From the sequence record OR352938.1: 64,000 bases of DNA; one strand, written 5' to 3'. Below the pieces are notes generated by a model. It was not told where the DNA came from and did no database searches. It was given only the letters and a program-made list of their open reading frames with translations. Position 1 is the stretch's first letter, and every line of letters starts with the position of its first letter. The translations under genes were made by a program, and so were the position numbers. The stretch comes from Escherichia phage AV108. Positions 25,889 through 34,922 of this stretch are shown here, piece after piece.

Positions 25889-25897
25889 ACATACCCC

Positions 25898-26167
25898 TTA
25901 AATATCGAGAGTGTTGGTCGGTTCGTCGATCACTCCCTTCCTGAGCGTTCTATTTACTATACATTCTTGTGTGATCTTGTCAATGATGGACACCGGAATA
26001 TATTTCTGATAGTGACCATATTCTATAGAGTTTTCCTCTACAAACTGAGTTGTCGCTTCAAGATAAGTCAATCCCTCTTCAACAACCAGTTTTTCGATTG
26101 CAAGACCGTTTGCTGTTTTATTCGCGGCTTTTACCGCATGTTCATTAAGCATTGAACACCCGATCAT
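25898..26167 (-). CDS. 33: late-transcription co-activator gp33-like protein
   Basis: LTYLEATTQFVEENSI ... YIPVSIIDKI resembles recalled T4 gp33; position between 59 and rnh; real start may lie upstream of the listed ATG. Confidence 0.5.
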   Translation of the reverse strand: MIGCSMLNEHAVKAANKTANGLAIEKLVVEEGLTYLEATTQFVEENSIEYGHYQKYIPVSIIDKITQECIVNRTLRKGVIDEPTNTLDI

Positions 26168-26420
26168 AGAGTTCTACTGCTTCATCGCGTTCTGCTTCGA
26201 AGGTTTCGCGCTGTTGCTGGTGATACAGTTTAAACAGAATGCCCCACATTTTACCATCTACGCCTAATTCTTCTTTAGCACGCTGTTTGATCTCTTTGAT
26301 CTTATCGCCGTATGCTTCTTGAATGGTTTTCTGATCGCTGGCTTCTTTAATCAGTTGTGCCAGGGTATTTCCGTGTACATTTTCATCGAATACTACTTTT
26401 TCTTTTTTCTGTTCAGTCAT
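26145..26420 (-). CDS. hypothetical protein (DsbA-like by position and size only)
   Basis: 91 aa, lysine/glutamate rich, sits where T4 has dsbA. Confidence 0.35.
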   Translation of the reverse strand: MTEQKKEKVVFDENVHGNTLAQLIKEASDQKTIQEAYGDKIKEIKQRAKEELGVDGKMWGILFKLYHQQQRETFEAERDEAVELYDRVFNA

Positions 26421-26425
26421 AATAT

Positions 26426-27025
26426 TTAACCCTCTTTCGTCATTAATTGAAAACCACGTTCAGCTTTTGAAATTTCGCTAGGACTTAAATCGTCACCAAC
26501 ATATTCTAGCATCATTTCTCGGATAATGTCAAGTGCTTTTTCATCACCTGATTTTAACTCGAACTCAAGTTCATAATGAGCAGTGTTTCCCAATCCTTCG
26601 CCTACTTTGCCATAATAGAAAGTGTCTTTGCACATTTCCACTATACCACAACCCATATCTAGAGTCAATGACTTGCGATATGTCATTACTTGCATTATTG
26701 CAGTGATATAGTCGGAGTTTACCCCTAGACTATCAATAAAATGGACGAACTCATCCCAATTTGAAAATGTCATTTCCTCGCGGTTGAATAGTCCAGATTC
26801 ATTATCACCCATTTTGACCATGATCTCTGATTTTCTACAGTCAAGTCGTGCATAAATTCCTTTTTGACGTAGCGCATGATCTTCGGTATCATAATAAAAT
26901 TCGTGTTTTAATATGTTATCTCGGTCTAAGAGATTGTACCCGTCATACATTGCCACCCACAAATCACAGATGGTTTCGACGCCAATTTGTGAGTGTGCAT
27001 AGTATTTTAATTCAAGTTCTTTCAT
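26426..27025 (-). CDS. CYTH-like (triphosphate tunnel metalloenzyme) domain protein
   Basis: N-terminal ExExK (MKELELKYY), later R-rich segment and ELEFELK acidic pair; length about 200 aa. Confidence 0.4.
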   Translation of the reverse strand: MKELELKYYAHSQIGVETICDLWVAMYDGYNLLDRDNILKHEFYYDTEDHALRQKGIYARLDCRKSEIMVKMGDNESGLFNREEMTFSNWDEFVHFIDSLGVNSDYITAIMQVMTYRKSLTLDMGCGIVEMCKDTFYYGKVGEGLGNTAHYELEFELKSGDEKALDIIREMMLEYVGDDLSPSEISKAERGFQLMTKEG

Positions 27026-27035
27026 GTGTCAACCC

Positions 27036-27983
27036 TTAGAACTCACCAATTTTCTGTAACATTTTAACTAACGCATTTGTTACAAAATAGTTATAAATTT
27101 TACCGCGTGGTGCTGGTTTAGATTTTTCCCATGCTAACAAAATTTCATATTCGATGTTATCAGGAATAAATTCAAAATCAATAAGTTCGCGGTTTTCGTC
27201 AAAGCGTCGTGCTTCTTCCTCTGTCATCAAAGACTTTGGATCTTCGGCATCGAAAATTTGCTCTAACCATTTGGTTGCAATTGGTTTAGCTCGTTCTCCT
27301 TCCAGTCGTGAGATAATGAAATCACTACGGCACTTGATAGAAGCTACACCGTCTTTTGCGTCACCCTTAACACATTTTACCATAAGGTCTTTGTAAGGGC
27401 TACCATATTTGCATTTCTTCCACGCTTTCTGTACTGGCGACCACTGTTTCACGTTTTTGTATTTGTGCAACTGTGTGTAGTCACCATCGCCGGAGTTGAT
27501 TAGCACCTGGCGACCTTCTACAGAAAACTTTTTAGTTAATACAGCGATTATATCATCCGCTTCAACTTTGTCAACCTTAATAACGTGATAAGGCATGTTC
27601 TCTTTAAACTCTTCGGTGATCTTATTGATCGCAGCAAAGATCATCTCCCAATCACGCGGATCTGCGTCTCGTTTTTCTTTACGGTTGCGTTTATAGTAAG
27701 GTGCGATATCACGTCGCCAGTAACCTTTGCTTGAATCAAAGGCAAGTACCGTAATTGGGTATTGCTCTTTGAATTTTGTCATATTATAACGCATGGTGTC
27801 AAGGATAAGATGACGGATCATACCTTCATTAATAGGATCTTCCGGTTTAAAGGTATGTGAGATAGTAGCAATCATAAGCTGCGACATATCAATCAAATGC
27901 ACACCTTCCGGCAGTTTATCTTCTGGATCATCGAAGAAATCATTAAGTGTAGCGGTCGTTTTTGTAAATGGGTTATACGTCAT
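27036..27983 (-). CDS. rnh: RNase H / flap endonuclease
   Basis: collinear with T4 RNase H as recalled (GYWRRD, YYKRNR, VEADDIIAVL, DGDYTQLHKYKNVKQWSP, PRGKIYNYF). Confidence 0.85.
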   Translation of the reverse strand: MTYNPFTKTTATLNDFFDDPEDKLPEGVHLIDMSQLMIATISHTFKPEDPINEGMIRHLILDTMRYNMTKFKEQYPITVLAFDSSKGYWRRDIAPYYKRNRKEKRDADPRDWEMIFAAINKITEEFKENMPYHVIKVDKVEADDIIAVLTKKFSVEGRQVLINSGDGDYTQLHKYKNVKQWSPVQKAWKKCKYGSPYKDLMVKCVKGDAKDGVASIKCRSDFIISRLEGERAKPIATKWLEQIFDAEDPKSLMTEEEARRFDENRELIDFEFIPDNIEYEILLAWEKSKPAPRGKIYNYFVTNALVKMLQKIGEF

Positions 27984-27985
27984 AA

Positions 27986-28171
27986 TTAAGTTCTCTCCAC
28001 TCTCACAACAACATATTCGCCAAACGAGTTAGATACTTCACGGTCATACCCGTACTTCTCCATAACTCGCAGAATTGCATTGTTTAATTCGGCGCGGAAA
28101 TAATTGTAATCCTTATCAGGGATTCTGTCAACTACCCATTTTGCACCTTCTGACAAATCAACTTTAACCAT
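27986..28171 (-). CDS. hypothetical protein
   Basis: 61-aa ORF upstream of rnh. Confidence 0.4.
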   Translation of the reverse strand: MVKVDLSEGAKWVVDRIPDKDYNYFRAELNNAILRVMEKYGYDREVSNSFGEYVVVRVERT

Positions 28172-28209
28172 AATATATCATCCTCTTTTGTTTCTATCAA
28201 GCCTTATTT

Positions 28210-28217
28210 TATAAATA
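28210..28217 (+). promoter_or_regulatory. T4-type late promoter (TATAAATA)
   Basis: exact TATAAATA 29 nt upstream of the gene 34 start, followed by AAGGAG RBS. Confidence 0.6.
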
Positions 28218-28245
28218 TGAACATACTATAAAAGGAGACCCAATA

Positions 28246-31200
28246 ATGGCAGATTTTTCTCAACATTTCAAGGCCACATTTGGCTTTGACGCTGGTAATG
28301 AAAAGGTCGTCAATGTAGCATACGCAGATAAAAACACATCAACGGATGCGGTCAACGTTGAATTTTTCAATTACCATAATGGCATTACTCAGTATGACAC
28401 AACTCGCGGTTATGATCAATACGGAACTACAATCTATCAAAACCGTCCGTATTATGCAAAAGAAGATATCACAAAGCCAGCAGGTGATTTTGACCCGACT
28501 AAATGGCAAGCACTGCGCACGGACCCACGTTGGGATTATATTGCAGCAACTTCCGGTGATACTCCTTTACAGTCTGGTGATTATATCGCAGCAGATGGTC
28601 AATTTGCAAACTTGACTTTCTCTATGCCAACTAAACCAGCAGAGGGAGACACTATAACAGTAAAAGATATCGGTGGCAAGTGTGGTGTTAACGAATTATC
28701 GTTCTTGAGTACAGGACATGAGTTTTACCATAACGGTAATGTGTACAACCGAAAATGGTATTGCACTACCCCGTATGCAATGAACTATTTCATCTTTGTT
28801 CGTAATCGTTGGCATGTTTATCAGACAGGAACAGAGCCACGCGGTGTGTACGCACAGCCAGCGATTGATGCTATTCAAATGCAGAATGGTGATCAGGTAT
28901 TTCGTCGTAGTTCGTTGGGTAATATTACCTTAGTGCTTCCTAAGTTTGCCAACAATGGCGACATGATCCAGACTACAGACCTTGACGGATTAACCGCAAC
29001 CAACCACGTTACGGTTAAAGTTCATGAGCACGCAGAAGAACAATCAATTGGCACGTCCGGTCTAAAAGAGATTATCGGTAAGCGTAGCGGTCATGGTGTA
29101 TTCATCTTTGACAAGACGGAAAACTTATGGCGTTTGTGGGATGGTGATCAGTCTGTTCGTCTTAAACCGATCATCGATGACACTCGCTTGCAACCTAATA
29201 GCTATGTTGCTGTATTTGGTGATCGTGATGTTACTCTGACGCTGCCGACCAATGTCGAGCCGGGTGATCGTATTCAAGTTTCTATGCAGTATATGAACGG
29301 AAACCAGAATTGCCGTATTATCGCCGCCACAGAGGATACAAAAATCCTTATGCAGAAAAACATGGTTCAGTTTCCTAAGCGTAGCGAGTACCCATTCAAT
29401 GGGACCGATACATGGACGGGAGTATCTGAATTGTCTTTCAACGCTGCAAATGATTATGTACCTTATCTGGAGTTCTCTTATTCAGAAGGTGATGATGGTA
29501 AGAAATACTGGTTGGTGGCACATGCTCACCCGATTGTAGAACGAGTAGATCCGACTCGTAAAGATCGTGTTGGTGTAATTGCACTGGCTACCCAAACTGA
29601 AACGAATAAAAACCATGAAGAGAATCCTAGCGACGAAGTTGCAGTAACACCAAAAATGCTGGCTAATAAAACCGCCAACGAAACTCGACGCGGTATTGCT
29701 CGCATTGCGACTCAAGCGGAAACGCATCAAGATACTGGTTCCAACTTCCTGGATGATGTTATCGTTACGCCTAAAAAGTTAAATGACTGTGTTGCTACCG
29801 AAGCCCGTCGTGGTGTGATGGAAATTGCAACCCAGCACGAAACCAATGAAGGTTTAGACGATACCCGCGCTATTACTCCTAAGAAATTAGAAGAACGTCG
29901 CGCTTCCGAAGATCTCGCTGGTATTGCTGAAATTGTTCAGGCTGGCGGCAGTGCTGCCGCTCGACGTGGCGAAGCTGGTACAGGGATCTATAACATCAAT
30001 GACCATGCTAAAATTGTTACGCCAAAAAACATCAACGAAGTCAAGGCGACCGAAACTTCCCGTGGTGTTGGCTATCTGGCAACTGACGCGGAAGTGCAAG
30101 GGGCTACAGAATCAACCCCGCAAGATGCTTTACTCATCACGACTCGCACGCTAACGAAACGTACTGCTACCGAATCGCGCACTGGTATCGCTGAAATTGC
30201 AACTCAGGAAGAAACAAACTTAGGTCAAAGTGATAACCATATCATCACGCCTAAAAAGTTGCATACTCGCCGCGCAACGGAAACTTTACACGGTTTAGCA
30301 GAAATTGCAACTCAGCCGGAATTTGACGCAGGTCGTGACGATGATCGCATTTCTACCCCATTGAAGATTAAAACCTTCTTTGAGAATGCACAGCGTTTGA
30401 AAGTAGATCCGACTCAGGGGCTTAACCTTACTGGTGATTTGTGGCAAGGTATCATGATCAGCGGTCTGGATGCAACCGAAGATACAAAAGGTGTCGCTAA
30501 AGTTGCGACTACTCAGCTTACTGACGCTGGTCAAGATGATACTACAATCATCACGCCTAAAAAGCTGCAAGGCAAAAAGGCCACCGAAGGTAAAGAAGGT
30601 ATTATCCGAGTTGGTACTCAAGCCGAAACCGTGGCTGGTATTATGGACAATGTAGCAATTTCTCCGAAGAACTTCAAATATGTTGTTCAGACAGAGGATA
30701 CATGGAAAGCAACCGAAGCGCGTCGTGGATTCTTGAAAGTTGCTACTCAGGAAAACTGTTTTGTTGGTGATAATCTGCAAGGTTCTACTCAAGAACTAGG
30801 AAACTACCAGCATGACGGAATTGCTGTTACCCCTAAAGGATTAAACTACGCACTTGCTAATTTCTTACCTAAGATGGCAACCGCTCAGAATAGTTTGAAA
30901 TTGGGTAACGTAGAGGCCTCTAAATGGGCGCGTAGAGACATTGATCAGACCATAGAGAGCAATTACACGTTTAATAAAAACGTTAACGTGAAGGGCGATT
31001 TAGAGTGCTTAAAATCAGGTTCCTTTGAAACTCTGTCTGTGACTAAGAACTCGACCGATGTTCCGAGTAATGGTCATCTGGTGTTGGGTGAGCGTGGAGT
31101 TGACGGTCACACCGGAATTACTCTGCATGGCACAACCGCATCGGAAGGCATGAAAAACTCTTGGTCTATTATCGTTGGTGGTACTGGAACAGCGCAAGTT

Positions 31201-31986
31201 GTTGATAGTGATGCTATCGCTTTCGGTAAAATCAATGATGGTGGAGTCGTTGAGCATTACGCCTTTGCTATGAAACACAATGGCGACGCGACAGCATATA
31301 GAGACTTTATTGCAGGTCGTAACCTGTATGCGAAACAAGGCGGTTTATACATTGTTGACCAGTCTAATCCGGCAATGACTCGTTCCTCAGATGGTATGCT
31401 GAATATCGGTCACGGTGGAAGTGTTAACATCAAGGCAGGTCATCAAACGTTAACTACAGAGATCGCCGGACAGAAATATCAGATCGTACACGCAGGAAAC
31501 GCCGACGAAGTTCTTAACCGTCAGTTTGTTAAGAATGCTGGCGATACAATGGTCGGTAAGCTGACTATGGATAATGCGCCTATTGTTTCTGTTAAGCATG
31601 AAGCTAGCGCGGCAACCGCTCCGGCAATCGGTAACATCGGTTTCTGGAATATGCGAGTTACTACCCAGAACATCAAAGAAACTTATCCAGAGAAGAAAAA
31701 CGGTACTCTGATGCAATGGGGTACTGACGCGGACGGGCTTACCCAGCTTTGGTCCCCTGATGGTACTCATAAACATTATATCCGTTCCGGTACTGGTGGT
31801 CAATGGACCGCATGGGGTGAAATTTACACCAAACAGAATAAGCCTACCGCTCAGGAAATCGGGGCAGTAGTTGCAGAAGGTGGTTTAATGAACTCTATGA
31901 CGGTTCGTGATTGGATCAAAGTTGGTAATGTTAAAATCATCGCCAATAATCTGACTCGTACCGTAGACTTTATCTGGGAAGACTAA
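28246..31986 (+). CDS. 34: long tail fiber proximal subunit
   Basis: 1246 aa; collinear with T4 gp34 as recalled, including the repeated ATQxETNxG ... ITPKKL modules and C-terminal RDWIKVGNVKI. Confidence 0.92.
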   Translation: MADFSQHFKATFGFDAGNEKVVNVAYADKNTSTDAVNVEFFNYHNGITQYDTTRGYDQYGTTIYQNRPYYAKEDITKPAGDFDPTKWQALRTDPRWDYIAATSGDTPLQSGDYIAADGQFANLTFSMPTKPAEGDTITVKDIGGKCGVNELSFLSTGHEFYHNGNVYNRKWYCTTPYAMNYFIFVRNRWHVYQTGTEPRGVYAQPAIDAIQMQNGDQVFRRSSLGNITLVLPKFANNGDMIQTTDLDGLTATNHVTVKVHEHAEEQSIGTSGLKEIIGKRSGHGVFIFDKTENLWRLWDGDQSVRLKPIIDDTRLQPNSYVAVFGDRDVTLTLPTNVEPGDRIQVSMQYMNGNQNCRIIAATEDTKILMQKNMVQFPKRSEYPFNGTDTWTGVSELSFNAANDYVPYLEFSYSEGDDGKKYWLVAHAHPIVERVDPTRKDRVGVIALATQTETNKNHEENPSDEVAVTPKMLANKTANETRRGIARIATQAETHQDTGSNFLDDVIVTPKKLNDCVATEARRGVMEIATQHETNEGLDDTRAITPKKLEERRASEDLAGIAEIVQAGGSAAARRGEAGTGIYNINDHAKIVTPKNINEVKATETSRGVGYLATDAEVQGATESTPQDALLITTRTLTKRTATESRTGIAEIATQEETNLGQSDNHIITPKKLHTRRATETLHGLAEIATQPEFDAGRDDDRISTPLKIKTFFENAQRLKVDPTQGLNLTGDLWQGIMISGLDATEDTKGVAKVATTQLTDAGQDDTTIITPKKLQGKKATEGKEGIIRVGTQAETVAGIMDNVAISPKNFKYVVQTEDTWKATEARRGFLKVATQENCFVGDNLQGSTQELGNYQHDGIAVTPKGLNYALANFLPKMATAQNSLKLGNVEASKWARRDIDQTIESNYTFNKNVNVKGDLECLKSGSFETLSVTKNSTDVPSNGHLVLGERGVDGHTGITLHGTTASEGMKNSWSIIVGGTGTAQVVDSDAIAFGKINDGGVVEHYAFAMKHNGDATAYRDFIAGRNLYAKQGGLYIVDQSNPAMTRSSDGMLNIGHGGSVNIKAGHQTLTTEIAGQKYQIVHAGNADEVLNRQFVKNAGDTMVGKLTMDNAPIVSVKHEASAATAPAIGNIGFWNMRVTTQNIKETYPEKKNGTLMQWGTDADGLTQLWSPDGTHKHYIRSGTGGQWTAWGEIYTKQNKPTAQEIGAVVAEGGLMNSMTVRDWIKVGNVKIIANNLTRTVDFIWED

Positions 31987-31991
31987 TTAAA

Positions 31992-32007
31992 GGGGGCGAA
32001 AGCCCCC
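31992..32007 (+). other. intercistronic GNRA-tetraloop hairpin GGGGGCGAAAGCCCCC
   Basis: perfect 6-bp stem with GAAA loop between genes 34 and 35; the same 16-mer recurs in mRNA sense at 20324-20339 and in part at 7499-7512. Confidence 0.5.
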
Positions 32008-32019
32008 TATGGGGTTATT

Positions 32020-33159
32020 ATGACACAAGATATAGAATTACGCAATACTGGAATTAGGTTTGCGCATTTCGACGAAGACTCTGCGACATTTACCAGCATT
32101 TCAGAAAATAACTCTGTGATGTATAAGCTGGAAGTGCGCGGATCTAATGCGGATTCTACCAAACCAGCAAGGATTAGATTTAATGGAGTGGAGATCGTTG
32201 GCACTGGCTATGAAAATGGCCTAAATTTTAAAGTTCTTACTCCAACTGGACAACTACACGAAGAAAAGGTATTCTATGGTCGCGGTGCTGTTTTGGCAAT
32301 GCGTGATTATCTTTCTTTGCTGAAAGGTGACTATATCATTGCGATGGCAACGCATGGAGAATTGTTTGCAGATCCGATCAGTGATGGTGTATTCTCTAAG
32401 CTGGGATCTGTATCATTCCCGAATCACATTTTGCTACAGCAAATGCCTCGTGTATCATATGCAGCAATTTATTCTACTAAAATGGGTAAAATTGTGTGCG
32501 AAGGGATGCAAGCAACTCACGGGGAAGGACAAGATTCATCTATACAAATTGAGAAAGTCTATGATACTATAGATGATCTTGCTATAACAGGAACACCACA
32601 ACGATTTTTAGATTATCCGGTTGAGTATGTTAGCGAAGATGCCGAACATTTCGAGCTAATACAATGGCCTCATGATGAGACCAGCGCCCCACTTGAGGAT
32701 TTTAACATAAAGGCAGGTGACAAACTATCAATATCCTTTGAATTGTTCCGTGATAGTGCCGCAGCCGCAGCCAACGTAACAGCGCGTTTCTATCACAACT
32801 ACTTCACCGATGGACAATATCAAACTGGTGTTCGATACAATGCCAGCAAAAAAGACCAATGGGAAAAGTTTGAAGCCGTCTATACCGTACCGGAAGGAGT
32901 TGATAGTGTAGTAACTGGTTGTATCAGATATCCAACCAACTCCAATGAAGGTATTGTTAAAATTAGAAACATACTAATAACGCCGATCAGTGGAGTCGTC
33001 AAAACTACTGGTCCTACTTCATTTGGTGTTAATGGTGTTAGAACAACTCATATTCAGGATAACGGTGATTTTACTAACCCTGTAATGAGTCTTCTTAAAC
33101 TACCCAGAGATAATAAACACATCACATCCAACAACTTTAAAGAGTTCGATGTTGATTAA
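32020..33159 (+). CDS. 35: long tail fiber hinge protein
   Basis: 379 aa, by size and position between 34 and 36. Confidence 0.7.
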   Translation: MTQDIELRNTGIRFAHFDEDSATFTSISENNSVMYKLEVRGSNADSTKPARIRFNGVEIVGTGYENGLNFKVLTPTGQLHEEKVFYGRGAVLAMRDYLSLLKGDYIIAMATHGELFADPISDGVFSKLGSVSFPNHILLQQMPRVSYAAIYSTKMGKIVCEGMQATHGEGQDSSIQIEKVYDTIDDLAITGTPQRFLDYPVEYVSEDAEHFELIQWPHDETSAPLEDFNIKAGDKLSISFELFRDSAAAAANVTARFYHNYFTDGQYQTGVRYNASKKDQWEKFEAVYTVPEGVDSVVTGCIRYPTNSNEGIVKIRNILITPISGVVKTTGPTSFGVNGVRTTHIQDNGDFTNPVMSLLKLPRDNKHITSNNFKEFDVD

Positions 33160-33169
33160 CATTTTTAAC

Positions 33170-33200
33170 AAGCCGATCCATGTGGTCGGCTTTATTTTTA
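33170..33200 (+). terminator. rho-independent terminator after gene 35
   Basis: hairpin AGCCGA-N9-TCGGCT followed by TTTATTTTT. Confidence 0.55.
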
Positions 33201-33320
33201 TACAGTTGGTTAAATTGTAACCAAAACGAAGAAAGATCTTTAGAATAATAGAAAATTTGTTTCGGTTAAAAAGTAGTCAGTGCCTACGGCACGTCGCGAA
33301 GCGATATTTTGTTAACATTC

Positions 33321-33328
33321 TATAAATA
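33321..33328 (+). promoter_or_regulatory. T4-type late promoter (TATAAATA)
   Basis: exact TATAAATA 33 nt upstream of the gene 36 start. Confidence 0.6.
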
Positions 33329-33361
33329 CTCGGAACTATAACTAATTTTTGAGGTTACTTT

Positions 33362-34852
33362 ATGGCAGATTTGAAATATGGATCTACTGTAGGTGGATCT
33401 CCCATTTGGACGCAAGGAAACTTGACGATCCAGCCAGCGGGGGATCAGCTTTTCTACAAAGGTCATAAAATCTATACCGCTTTTGATAGACCTTCGGCTA
33501 CCGATTTTGATGCTGTTAGTGCATCCGAAGGTGGCACATTTCAAAAGCAAGTTCATTTCGAGGAAGGTTTAAGCGTAGGTAGCGCATCGGCTGGAGAAAC
33601 CAAAAAGAATGGTATCTTTAAAGGTCAGAGCGACGCTGCTAATTTTGACGGCGTAAGCTGGGGTTTGCATTCATGGAAGTCAATCGGCTTTGTTAATGCC
33701 CGTGATGGCGTTATTATGGCGTATATTGACACCACAACGGGCGAATTTAAGTCTAAAGGGACTATCGAAGGGACAACCATTAAAGACACAGGTCAACGTG
33801 TCTATAGCCCTGTTAATAAACCAACGAATAATGATTTGGATTTAGTTTCCCGTCGCGGTGATACTCTCTCAGGAACGTATAATTTAAACACTGTCACTGT
33901 TAAACTATCGGTTGATTCGAAATTAATTGCAAGGGAACGTGATTTAATTAATTTTGATGCGACTAAGATCTATTATGGTAACGTTCTTGATACGTTGGTC
34001 TTCCGAAGTAAAGATGAGCCTACCATTTTTGTTAATGGCAGAGAAGGTCGTTTTTATCACACCAACAATAAACCAACTAAAGACGATGTTGGACTAGGCA
34101 ATGTCACCAATGATGCACAGGTTAAACGTGCTGGTGATATTATGGAAGGTAACTTGCAAGCGCCTAGAATGTTGGCGACAAACGATCCCGCTGGTCCTAA
34201 TGAATTGGTTCGTTTGAGCTACTTTGAGAAAAAATCAATGGTGGCAAATCCAACCATCATTGGAAATGTTGATTGGAACACTCTTATTAATCGCGGTATC
34301 TATCGTGTGGAAAATGCTGGGTCTGGTACTAATAAACCGTCTGATAGCTATTATAACGGCGTTTTGATGGTATATCGCCCAGAAGATGCGGTCGGTACTC
34401 GTCGAATTGTTCAGGTGTATTATCCTGAATCTATTGACCATCCTATGTGCTGGCGTTCGTGTTCTAATGAATCCTGGACTGCATGGAACTATGTAGATCA
34501 CCGTAAATTAGCCGATATTCGCTATGTTAACGTAACTGGCGATACCATGACAGGACCGTTAACTGTTCCGGCTGCAAATGGCGTTAGAACAGCTAAAACT
34601 AACTATAACGGGGATAACTGTTATGCGGCGTTAAGCGGTGCTGATGGTACTGCTATGATTCACCGCATTAGTGATATTAAAGGGACCGAAAAGCTGGGGA
34701 TCACCCACGACTCAAAGGTCGTGTTTTTCCGTTCTAGAAACAATACTCAAACCGTGGACCGCTATCAGCTTTATCATGAAGGTAATAAACCTACTCCGGC
34801 TGATGTTGGAGCGGTTCCACTTAATGCGGTGATTGATTTTGGTACTTTCTAA
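33362..34852 (+). CDS. 36: long tail fiber distal subunit (small), enlarged
   Basis: N-terminus MADLKYGSTVGGSPIWTQGN matches T4 gp36 as recalled; 496 aa against 221 aa in T4. Confidence 0.8.
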   Translation: MADLKYGSTVGGSPIWTQGNLTIQPAGDQLFYKGHKIYTAFDRPSATDFDAVSASEGGTFQKQVHFEEGLSVGSASAGETKKNGIFKGQSDAANFDGVSWGLHSWKSIGFVNARDGVIMAYIDTTTGEFKSKGTIEGTTIKDTGQRVYSPVNKPTNNDLDLVSRRGDTLSGTYNLNTVTVKLSVDSKLIARERDLINFDATKIYYGNVLDTLVFRSKDEPTIFVNGREGRFYHTNNKPTKDDVGLGNVTNDAQVKRAGDIMEGNLQAPRMLATNDPAGPNELVRLSYFEKKSMVANPTIIGNVDWNTLINRGIYRVENAGSGTNKPSDSYYNGVLMVYRPEDAVGTRRIVQVYYPESIDHPMCWRSCSNESWTAWNYVDHRKLADIRYVNVTGDTMTGPLTVPAANGVRTAKTNYNGDNCYAALSGADGTAMIHRISDIKGTEKLGITHDSKVVFFRSRNNTQTVDRYQLYHEGNKPTPADVGAVPLNAVIDFGTF

Positions 34853-34862
34853 TTTTAGCGGG

Positions 34863-34882
34863 GATTATCTCCCCGCTTTTCT
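34863..34882 (+). other. stem-loop between genes 36 and 37
   Basis: AGCGGGGA-ttat-CTCCCCGCT then U-run; gene 37 has no TATAAATA of its own. Confidence 0.45.
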
Positions 34883-34922
34883 AAATAATATTATTCTAAT
34901 AACCGTTTAAGGATTTTATAAA

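Noticed and set aside
28346-31803. Multiple ORFs of 60-165 aa on both strands inside gene 34 (for example 28346..28615, 30295..30792, 31450..31803)
   Set aside because: They lie within or antisense to a well-supported 1246-aa tail fiber gene, have no RBS and no promoter, and look like chance open frames
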